This document shows, one piece after another, positions 1-6,099 of a stretch of DNA of 16,000 bases. Source of the DNA: Planctomycetota bacterium (GTDB taxonomy: Bacteria; Planctomycetota; Phycisphaerae; Phycisphaerales; Phycisphaeraceae); contig JBCDKD010000007.1 of assembly GCA_039024275.1 (NCBI GenBank), positions 30,762 to 46,761 on the forward strand, read 5' to 3'. The translations under genes were made by a program, and so were the position numbers. Within the stretch, counting starts at the first letter, position 1. Each line of letters opens with the position of its first letter. Below the pieces are notes generated by a model that worked only from the letters and a program-made list of their open reading frames with translations, did no database searches and was not told the DNA's origin.

Positions 1-330
1 GAACAGCTTGGCCAGCGAGGCGGCGATCGCGATGTTCTTGACCGCGTTGAGACCAAGCAGGACGATCGCGCGGTTGATCGAGCCGATCTGCCCGGGCAGG
101 CCGTAGAACGCGGAGTTCACAACCTTGAGGATGCGTGCGCCCAGCGCGGGGTCGTTGCTGATGACGTTGTTGAGGTCCTGTGCCGTCGAGTCCGGGTCTT
201 CGACCAGCTTGATGATCTTCATCGTCACCTCGGGGAGCGTGGCGATGTGGCTGATCTCCTGGATCGCGGACTGGACGATCGCCTCGGTCTCGGCAGAGGT
301 GCTGGTGGTGGTCGGCGTGGTATCGGACAT
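1..330 (-). CDS. HDOD domain-containing signalling protein, N-terminal 110 codons only (gene continues past the window start)
   Basis: Absent from the ORF track because it runs off the edge. The reverse complement of 1..330 reads without stops from the ATG (complement of 328..330). Translation: MSDTTPTTTSTSAETEAIVQSAIQEISHIATLPEVTMKIIKLVEDPDSTAQDLNNVISNDPALGARILKVVNSAFYGLPGQIGSINRAIVLLGLNAVKNIAIAASLAKLF. The pattern LPxxxxxxxKxxxLxxDPxxSxxxLxxxIxxDPALxxRxLKxxNSAxYGLxxxIxSIxxAIxLLG is the classic HDOD (PF08668) N-terminal signature. An AGGGAG SD lies at complement 340..345, 9 nt upstream of the ATG. Confidence 0.85.
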   Translation of the reverse strand, partial: MSDTTPTTTSTSAETEAIVQSAIQEISHIATLPEVTMKIIKLVEDPDSTAQDLNNVISNDPALGARILKVVNSAFYGLPGQIGSINRAIVLLGLNAVKNIAIAASLAKLF

Positions 331-423
331 CGGGTACTTCTCCCTGGGCGTAGGTACGGGACGCTAGGGAGTTGATCGACCGAGCGGGTGGGCGACTTAA
401 CGGGTTGTGCGGATTAGGCGGGA

Positions 424-912
424 TTAATCGTTGTGGCCGGACAACCACGACACCAACTGCTCCAACGCGTTTTGATCGACGTCCGAGAAATCGTCGGCCT
501 TATCTGAATCGATATCGAGCACGGCCCAGACAGCGCCTGCTTCGTCACGGACCGGCACGACGATCTCGCTTCTCGTCATTGCGCTGCAGGCGATGTGGCC
601 GGGGAATGCCTCGACGTCGGGGACGGCTTGTGTCGTGCCCGTCTCCCACGCCGTTCCGCAGACGCCCCTGCCTTTGGCGATGCGGGTGCAGGCGATCGGG
701 CCCTGGAAGGGGCCGAGCACGAGCTCATCGCCATGCACGAGGTAGAACCCGACCCAGTGGAAGCCGAGGGCTTGGTACAGCGCGGCGGATACGTTCGCTA
801 GCGTCGCGATCGTGTCCCGCTCGGCCTCGATCATGGCCAGCAGCTGCGGCAGCAACTCACGGTACGTCTCTTGCCTTGGTCGATCGGGCGTGATGGCGAG
901 GGTCTTTGTCAT
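424..912 (-). CDS. msrC: GAF domain protein, free methionine-(R)-sulfoxide reductase (YebR/MsrC family)
   Basis: 162-aa ORF with ATG at complement 910..912. It shows hallmark fRMsr/GAF_2 blocks: HWVGFYL, LVLGPFQGPIACTRIAKGRGVCGTAW, and VPDVEAFPGHIACSAMTRSEIVVPV with conserved Cys positions. Size matches the roughly 160-aa family. The overlapping + strand 173-aa Arg-rich ORF is a shadow. Confidence 0.85.
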   Translation of the reverse strand: MTKTLAITPDRPRQETYRELLPQLLAMIEAERDTIATLANVSAALYQALGFHWVGFYLVHGDELVLGPFQGPIACTRIAKGRGVCGTAWETGTTQAVPDVEAFPGHIACSAMTRSEIVVPVRDEAGAVWAVLDIDSDKADDFSDVDQNALEQLVSWLSGHND

Positions 913-1028
913 ACGCGGCTACCGGCCTGAACGAACACGCCGCAACGATGCGGAGCGGGGAGCGTCTAAAGTCTATACTTAACACCCGGATCCAAACAGT
1001 AGGCGCCCTTACCCGAGCGAGACCAACG

Positions 1029-1682
1029 ATGAAACGGATGACACTGGGAGCCCTCGTCTGCCTCACCGCCGCCATCTTCTGTAGCCTCGCCATCGCCGAG
1101 GATCATGGCGACAAGAAAGAGGATAAGGCCGACGACGCCGGCTGGGTCTCGCTGATCCCCGAAGAAGGCTTCGAGGGCTGGTCCACCAAGGACCTCGACA
1201 CGTATTGGTCCCGCAAGGACGGCATGATCGTCGGCGAGAACGCGGACAAGAAAAACTCAGACCTCTGGACCGACCAGGAGTTCGGCGACTATGAGCTCAT
1301 CGTCGAGTACAAGAACGACACCGAGATGGACTACTACGACAGCGGCGTTTTCTTACGCGGAAAGTCGCACCAGGTCCAGATCGGGATCTCCGGTTCGCTG
1401 CAGGTCGACCTGACCGGCTGCATCTACTGCCCCAAGGACGGCAATGGTGCCTATCCGCAGCAGCCACGCGAGAAGGTTCAAGAAGCCCACCAGAACGGCG
1501 AGTGGAACACGCTGCACGTCGTCACCAAGGGCAAGCAGATCACGACCAAACTCAATGGTGTCCAGATCAACGACTACACCGCGGTGAAGTTCCCCGACAA
1601 GGGCAAGATCGGCCTGCAGCTCCACTCGCGCACGCACATGAATATCTCGTTCAAGACCGTCAAGGTTAAAGAGCTGGAATGA
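1029..1682 (+). CDS. Secreted DUF1080 / 3-keto-disaccharide hydrolase family (PF06439) protein
   Basis: ORF 906..1682 trimmed to ATG 1029, where a signal peptide begins (MKRMTLGALVCLTAAIFCSLAIAED). The rest follows the DUF1080 pattern. Blocks: GWVSLIPEEGFEGW, W..KDGMIVG, LWTDQEFGDYELIVEYK, SGVFLRG..HQVQI, GEWNTLHVVTKGKQITTKLNGVQIND, KGKIGLQLH, and a C-terminal FKTVKVKEL. Confidence 0.85.
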   Translation: MKRMTLGALVCLTAAIFCSLAIAEDHGDKKEDKADDAGWVSLIPEEGFEGWSTKDLDTYWSRKDGMIVGENADKKNSDLWTDQEFGDYELIVEYKNDTEMDYYDSGVFLRGKSHQVQIGISGSLQVDLTGCIYCPKDGNGAYPQQPREKVQEAHQNGEWNTLHVVTKGKQITTKLNGVQINDYTAVKFPDKGKIGLQLHSRTHMNISFKTVKVKELE

Positions 1683-1940
1683 TGGTCGCTTCTTTGATGT
1701 GAGACTGCGCGCGCCTCCGCGGCGGTCGGTCAGGGCTCCGCCCCGACACCCCAAAGGCAAAGTAAGCACTGTTTAGCGGGCGACGCGAAGCGTCCCGTGC
1801 AGATCCTGTCAGATATTTCGAACGGGATGCTTTGCATCCTTAGTGCTTCGTCATGGGTCCATTGTCCCTGCGCTACCGTTAGACTGTTCCTCTTATTTTT
1901 CTCAACGGTCTGTACGGCCCTCAACGCTAGGAGCGGATAC

Positions 1941-3122
1941 ATGGAACGGCAACGCATCGGCATCATTATGAACGGCGTCACCGGCCGGATGGGCACGAAC
2001 CAGCACCTGATCCGCTCGATCGCGGCGATCATCAAGCAGGGCGGTGTGCGCGTCGGCACGGACAAGGTGCTGATGCCCGAGCCGATCCTCACCGGCCGAA
2101 ACGAGAACAAGCTAAGGGCCCTGGCCGAAGCGCAGGGCGTCGCCGCGCAGGGCAAGCCGTTTGCCTACACCACCGATCTGCCCGGTGCCGTGTCGGGCAA
2201 GCACGGCGACTACGACATCTTCTTCGACGCGTCGGGCACGCTGCAGCGCGCCGGCTTCCTCGAGATGGCGTGCCAGTCGGACATGATCAAAGGCGTCTAC
2301 TGCGAGAAGCCGACGGCGACCAAGGCCGACGAAGCGCTCCGCCTCGCGCAGATGGTCCAGCAAGCCGGCAAGAAGAACGGCGTCGTTCAGGACAAGCTCT
2401 GGCTCGCCAGCTTCCGCAAGATCGCCATGCTCAAGGACCTCGGGTTCTTCGGCGACATCCTCAGCGTCCGCGGCGAGTTCGGCTACTGGGTCTTCACCGG
2501 GATGGACCTGGACCAGCCCGCGCAACGCCCGAGTTGGAACTACCGCGAAGAGGATGGCGGCGGGATCATGATCGATATGTTCTGCCACTGGGACTACGTC
2601 ATCCGCAACCTCTTCGGCCCAATTAAATCGCTCGTCGCCTACGGCAACACGGACATCGCTGAGCGCCGCGGCGAAGCCGGCAAGCCCTACAAGGCGACCG
2701 CGGATGACTCGGCCTACGCCATCTTCAAACTCGAAGACGGCACCGTCTGCCAGTTCAACTCGTCCTGGTGCACACGCGTCCGACGCGACGACCTGCTCAC
2801 CGTCCAGGTCGACGGCACGAAGGGCTCGGCGGTCGCCGGGCTGCGCGAGGTCTACACCCAGGCCGCCGCGAACACCCCCAAGCCCGTCTGGAACCCGGAC
2901 ATCCCCCAGCCGATCGACTTCTTCGGCGGCTGGGAGAAGGTCCCCGACAACATCGCGTACGACAACGCGTTCAAGATCCAGTGGGAGCTGTTCCTCCGAC
3001 ACGTCGCGCTGGACGAGCCGTTTGAGTACGACCTGTTCGCCGGGGCCCGGGGCGTGCAGTTGGCCGAGTTGGGGATGCAGAGCTGGAAAGAGAAGCGCTG
3101 GGTGGAGGTTGAGGGGTTGTAG
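1941..3122 (+). CDS. Gfo/Idh/MocA family NAD(P)-dependent sugar oxidoreductase
   Basis: ORF 1797..3122 trimmed to ATG 1941, which is preceded by AGGAG (1929..1933, 7-nt spacer). It has an N-terminal Rossmann strand-loop IGIIMNGVTGRMG, the family EKP motif (YCEKPTA), and a C-terminal alpha/beta oligomerisation region. Length is 393 aa. The antisense 296-aa ORF 2112..3002 is a shadow. Confidence 0.85.
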   Translation: MERQRIGIIMNGVTGRMGTNQHLIRSIAAIIKQGGVRVGTDKVLMPEPILTGRNENKLRALAEAQGVAAQGKPFAYTTDLPGAVSGKHGDYDIFFDASGTLQRAGFLEMACQSDMIKGVYCEKPTATKADEALRLAQMVQQAGKKNGVVQDKLWLASFRKIAMLKDLGFFGDILSVRGEFGYWVFTGMDLDQPAQRPSWNYREEDGGGIMIDMFCHWDYVIRNLFGPIKSLVAYGNTDIAERRGEAGKPYKATADDSAYAIFKLEDGTVCQFNSSWCTRVRRDDLLTVQVDGTKGSAVAGLREVYTQAAANTPKPVWNPDIPQPIDFFGGWEKVPDNIAYDNAFKIQWELFLRHVALDEPFEYDLFAGARGVQLAELGMQSWKEKRWVEVEGL

Positions 3123-3154
3123 GTTTCGGGGAGGTGGTTGAGACTACTCGACCG

Positions 3155-3239
3155 ATCCGGACCTTCGCTGTGCTCAGGACCGGCTTCTCTGAGGTGTATC
3201 TACTAGGAAGCCGGTCCTGAGCGCAGCGAAGGTCCGGAT
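3155..3239. repeat. REP-like inverted doublet (REPIN-like), left: two 33-nt units in inverted orientation around a 19-nt spacer
   Basis: Unit 3155..3187 is ATCCGGACCTTCGCTGTGCTCAGGACCGGCTTC. Unit 3207..3239 is GAAGCCGGTCCTGAGCGCAGCGAAGGTCCGGAT. They are reverse complements with 1 mismatch that is G:U compatible. Each unit also folds on itself (CCGGNCC ... GGNCCGG). The doublet starts 33 nt after the Gfo/Idh/MocA stop, so it could also act as a terminator or mRNA-stabilising hairpin. Confidence 0.9.
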
Positions 3240-3262
3240 GGTTTGTCCATTAAACTGATGTG

Positions 3263-3862
3263 ATGTCTTTCGAGAATTACTGCTGGTGGCACCTCATCCT
3301 CACCTGCCGCGGCCAGTGGCTCCCGGGCGACCCGCGCGGCTTCCGTTCTCGTGAGCACCGCGTCCACAGCAGCGGCGACTACAAAAGCCGTCCACCGCAA
3401 GGCGAACACGCCGGGCTGCACGCGTATCAGCAGGTTCGAAGCAACGAACCGGTCGAAGTCCCGCAAGAGAGCAGGCCGGTTCTTGGTGAAGCGATTATTA
3501 ACAAGTGTGTCGCGACCGAAGCGCCTTGTTTGGTGATCGCTACGGGTCGGGCGCACACGCATTTATTGGCTGCCATGTTCAACGACTGGCAGCATGTCAA
3601 GAAGCAGGTTGGGCGATTGAAGCAGGCCGGCTCGCACGCGATCCGCGAGGCGTTGCCGGGTCGCGTGTGGGGGGATGGGGGAAAGCCGATCCGTGTAACA
3701 GATCAAGCGCATCAGAAAAACGTATTTCGATATATCTCGGAACACGCGCAACAAGAGGGGGCCTGGGTTTGGCGGTATGACGGTGAGGGTTCGGCGATCG
3801 ATCCGGGCCTTCGCTGCGCTCAGGCCCGGCTTCTGGAGAAGTTCTTGCAATCAAAATCGTGA
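3263..3862 (+). CDS. HUH/Y1 single-strand DNA transposase-like protein, REP-associated tyrosine transposase (RAYT / IS200-like Y1_Tnp superfamily)
   Basis: 199 aa from ATG 3263 (the track starts one GTG codon earlier, at 3260). N-terminal strand is WWHLILTCRGQWLPGDPRGF. The HUH motif is AHTHLL (H98-T99-H100, nt 3554..3562). This is followed by VGRLKQAGSHAIRE...VWGDGG..IRVTD and the catalytic-Tyr block VFRYISEHAQ (Y157, nt 3731..3733). That order matches the IS200/RAYT layout: HUH, then xGxxKxxxSxxxR, then LWxxxY/F, then YIxxN/H. The last roughly 20 codons are read-through into the right REP doublet (GLRCAQARLLEK...). Confidence 0.7.
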   Translation: MSFENYCWWHLILTCRGQWLPGDPRGFRSREHRVHSSGDYKSRPPQGEHAGLHAYQQVRSNEPVEVPQESRPVLGEAIINKCVATEAPCLVIATGRAHTHLLAAMFNDWQHVKKQVGRLKQAGSHAIREALPGRVWGDGGKPIRVTDQAHQKNVFRYISEHAQQEGAWVWRYDGEGSAIDPGLRCAQARLLEKFLQSKS

Positions 3863-3893
3863 AGCCGGTCCTGAGCGCAGCGAAGGCCCGGAT
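3801..3893. repeat. REP-like inverted doublet (REPIN-like), right: two 33-nt units of the same family around a 27-nt spacer
   Basis: Unit 3801..3833 is ATCCGGGCCTTCGCTGCGCTCAGGCCCGGCTTC. Unit 3861..3893 is GAAGCCGGTCCTGAGCGCAGCGAAGGCCCGGAT. They are reverse complements with 1 mismatch. They belong to the same family as 3155..3239, differing only at unit positions 7, 16 and 25. In unit 3801..3833, positions 7 and 25 are G and C, which makes the intra-unit 7-bp stem perfect (CCGGGCC/GGCCCGG). Confidence 0.9.
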
Positions 3894-3912
3894 CAAACAA
3901 TATTAAACAACC

Positions 3913-4749
3913 ATGCCCACAACCGACCTATCCAACTGCGCAATCCACACGATGACCAACAAGCCCTGGTCGCTAGCCGAGTGCTGCGAGCACTACGCCG
4001 CGGCGGGCATTGGCGGCATCAGCATCTGGCGCAAAGCCGTCGCGCCCGGAGAGGGCGGCGTCGGGCTTGATGAAGCCGTGAAGATCGTCGAGGGCTCGGG
4101 CCTGGCGGTACCGGCTTACGTGCGCGGCGGGTTTTTCCCCGCGGTCGATCAAGCTGACCGTCAGTCGGCGGTCGACCACAACAAAGTCATGATCGATGAG
4201 GCGGCTGCGCTCGGTGCGGACCAGGTTGTGCTGGTGGTCGGTGCCGTACCGGGGATGCCGCTCGCTGACGCGAGGCAGCACGTCGCGGACGGGATCGCGG
4301 CGTGTGTTGAGCACGCCAAGCAGGCCGGGGTGAAGCTCGCGATCGAGCCGCTGCACCCGATGTACGCCGCGGACAAGAGCTGCATCAACCGCATGGCCGA
4401 GGCGCGGGCGATCTGCGAAGCGATCGGTAGCCCTTGGCTTGGCATCGCGGTGGACGTGTACCACGTCTGGTGGGACCCGGACCTGGCCGAAGAAATCGCG
4501 TTGGCCGGTAAGCTCGGGCTGTTGTTCGGCTTCCACGTCTGCGACTGGCGCGTCGACACCCGGCACCTGCTCACCGACCGCGGCCTGATGGGCGACGGCT
4601 GCATCGACATCCGCGGCATCCGCGCCATGGTCGAGTCCGCAGGCTTCGATGGCTTCAATGAAGTCGAGGTTTTCTCGGAGCAGTACTGGTCGATGAACCA
4701 GCAAGACTATCTCGCGATGATCACCGACCGCTACCGCGAGCACTGCTAA
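3913..4749 (+). CDS. Sugar phosphate isomerase/epimerase, xylose-isomerase-like TIM barrel (AP_endonuc_2, PF01261)
   Basis: 278-aa ORF with ATG at 3913. The layout is typical of the family, with metal-ligand-type blocks KLAIEPLHP (Glu), [12 protein letters not shown] (Asp/His) and FNEVEVFSE (Glu). The antisense 256-aa ORF 3973..4743 is a shadow. Confidence 0.8.
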   Translation: MPTTDLSNCAIHTMTNKPWSLAECCEHYAAAGIGGISIWRKAVAPGEGGVGLDEAVKIVEGSGLAVPAYVRGGFFPAVDQADRQSAVDHNKVMIDEAAALGADQVVLVVGAVPGMPLADARQHVADGIAACVEHAKQAGVKLAIEPLHPMYAADKSCINRMAEARAICEAIGSPWLGIAVDVYHVWWDPDLAEEIALAGKLGLLFGFHVCDWRVDTRHLLTDRGLMGDGCIDIRGIRAMVESAGFDGFNEVEVFSEQYWSMNQQDYLAMITDRYREHC

Positions 4750-5732
4750 CCGAGCAACGCCTCGAACCTCGGCACCAGCTCGGCCAGCACCTCACGATCA
4801 CTCTCCGGCCGTTTTGTGCTCTGCGGGTGCGTGTCGTCGCAGCCGATCCAGCCGCGGAGCTTCATGAACATCGCCGCGTTGTGCTTGTACGCCGGCACGG
4901 GCCCACGGAAGGCAAAAAAGCCGAGGTACTGCAGCAGGTCGTTGACCTCGTAGAACCCAGCGTCGCCGTCCGCCCAGAGCCGGTCGCGCTTGGCGAAGAG
5001 GTCGGGCGCGAAGGTCGAGAGCCCGAGCAGGTAGTCGCTGCCGTACATGATCATGTCGATGGCCAGGTCGTTGCCGGTGAAGACGTGGAAGCCCGGGCGC
5101 ACCCTGTCGCGCAGTTCAAGCCGGTCCCACTCGAGCCGGCGTGACAGGGAGGAGTGCTTCGCGCCGATGCACTTGGGCAGCTTCATGAGCGATTCATAAG
5201 CGTCCAGCGAGTAGATCTGACCGAAGGGCGCGAACATGCCGCCGAGTTCGAACGCGATGAACCGGTCCGCGTCTTTGGCGAGCTGCGCGTAGGCCGGCGC
5301 GAGGAGCATGTCGTCCAGCTTGGTCAGGCCGAAGGACTGGAAGACGACCGGTTCGCCCTGGTGCTGCAGGACTTCTGCGATGGCGGTTTGGTAGGCGCCC
5401 GGGTTGAAGGTGTCGTCGGGGGTGTCGAAGACGCCTGCCCCCGCGACGAAACGCGCCCCGGCACAAGTATCGCGCGTCCGCCGCAGCGCCTCGACCCGCG
5501 TGGCATCGTCCAGCAGCGGCGCGTAGCCCGTGTCCATGTTGACCGCGGGGACCAGCCCCGCCTCGACCGTGCGCGCGACGTGGGCCTCGAAGCCGGGCCA
5601 GTCGATCGATCCGTCGGCGTTGAACGGGAGCAGCACCGCGGACATACCCAGCGGCTTGCGATTGGGTTGGATCGGTCGGATCGGCATCCGCGAGAGTGTA
5701 ATGGCAGCCGACTTATTCGCGCTGCCCGCCAT
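4746..5732 (-). CDS. Dihydrodipicolinate synthase / N-acetylneuraminate lyase family (class I aldolase-like) protein
   Basis: 328-aa ORF. The ATG at complement 5730..5732 is preceded by GGAGGGGG (complement 5740..5747, 7-nt spacer). This supports the long start over internal Met codons at 5687 and 5645. DHDPS-like blocks include [39 protein letters not shown] and RFVAGAGV. A candidate Schiff-base lysine sits in [10 protein letters not shown]. The canonical GTTGE motif is replaced by NMDTGY, so it is unlikely to be true DapA. Confidence 0.65.
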   Translation of the reverse strand: MAGSANKSAAITLSRMPIRPIQPNRKPLGMSAVLLPFNADGSIDWPGFEAHVARTVEAGLVPAVNMDTGYAPLLDDATRVEALRRTRDTCAGARFVAGAGVFDTPDDTFNPGAYQTAIAEVLQHQGEPVVFQSFGLTKLDDMLLAPAYAQLAKDADRFIAFELGGMFAPFGQIYSLDAYESLMKLPKCIGAKHSSLSRRLEWDRLELRDRVRPGFHVFTGNDLAIDMIMYGSDYLLGLSTFAPDLFAKRDRLWADGDAGFYEVNDLLQYLGFFAFRGPVPAYKHNAAMFMKLRGWIGCDDTHPQSTKRPESDREVLAELVPRFEALLG

Positions 5733-5904
5733 CGATGAGCCCCCTCCGGTAGTAAGAAAAATTCCGTATGGTTCAGATCGTCTTCATCTTGTAACCCCGT
5801 ATAACTGCGCTAATTAGCATCAATCTATCCCTTGAGTAGCTCTAAAATTAGGCAACATGTCGTTAGTGATGCATAAAAAATTAGCGAAACGGGGGCTTAG
5901 GTCC

Positions 5905-5932
5905 TTGCAACGCTCACAGAACTTACTATTTT
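5905..5932 (+). promoter_or_regulatory. Candidate sigma70-type promoter for the glycosyltransferase gene
   Basis: TTGCAA (5905..5910), a 16-nt spacer, then TATTTT (5927..5932), inside the only AT-rich stretch of the window. It would give a 5' UTR of about 160 nt. This is a pattern match only, and promoter consensus in this lineage is unknown to me. Confidence 0.25.
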
Positions 5933-6099
5933 ATCGTTTGGAAGCCGATGCCAGTCAGATCGATGAAGTCTGTCGAGTGTGTCGGCCCCTGGCCTGTTTG
6001 GGATCGGTTGGATCGCGGTTGCTCGAGTGGAGGCGGCTGCGGTGCTACTTCTGCCTTTTTGGGGCATGAGCCGAGCGGTTGGTCTGAAGCGAGAGTGCT

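Larger units (their letters stand above)
3155..3893 (+). mobile_element. REP doublet - RAYT-like gene - REP doublet unit
   Basis: This composite of the three features above fills almost the whole 790-bp gap between the Gfo/Idh/MocA stop (3122) and the TIM-barrel start (3913). Only about 32 nt remain on the left and 19 nt on the right. RAYT genes flanked by their cognate REPs in inverted orientation is the established arrangement for this family. Confidence 0.65.

Noticed and set aside
372-893. 173-aa Arg/Pro-rich ORF on the plus strand
   Set aside because: It is antisense to the clearly homologous GAF/MsrC gene. The extreme Arg content is typical of an out-of-frame GC-rich translation.
1825-1839. 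Hairpin GGATGC-TTT-GCATCC in the spacer upstream of the Gfo/Idh/MocA gene, as an operator or terminator
   Set aside because: It is a 6-bp stem with no T-tract and no second half-site or repeat. This is not enough to assign a function.
2112-3002. 296-aa minus-strand ORF
   Set aside because: It is antisense to the Gfo/Idh/MocA gene, with shadow-type composition and no motifs.
3155-3893. Possibility that the repeated 33-mers are a CRISPR array
   Set aside because: There are only four copies, arranged as inverted pairs rather than direct repeats with uniform spacers. The 560-bp interval between the pairs is a protein-coding gene, and there are no cas genes.
3563-3896. 95-aa and 99-aa minus-strand ORFs, and the plus-strand ORF 3777..4070, across the right REP doublet
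   Set aside because: These are open mainly because the palindromic REP units read through in several frames. They overlap the better-supported RAYT-like ORF and the TIM-barrel gene start.
3973-4743. 256-aa minus-strand ORF (and the 165-aa ORF 4161..4658)
   Set aside because: It is antisense to the TIM-barrel gene, with shadow-type composition.
5857-6069. 70-aa ORF in the AT-rich intergenic region (MSLVMHKKLAKRGLRSL...)
   Set aside because: It has no SD and no recognisable family, and it overlaps the candidate promoter and 5' UTR of the GT gene. It cannot be supported from sequence alone. A small protein or leader peptide remains possible.
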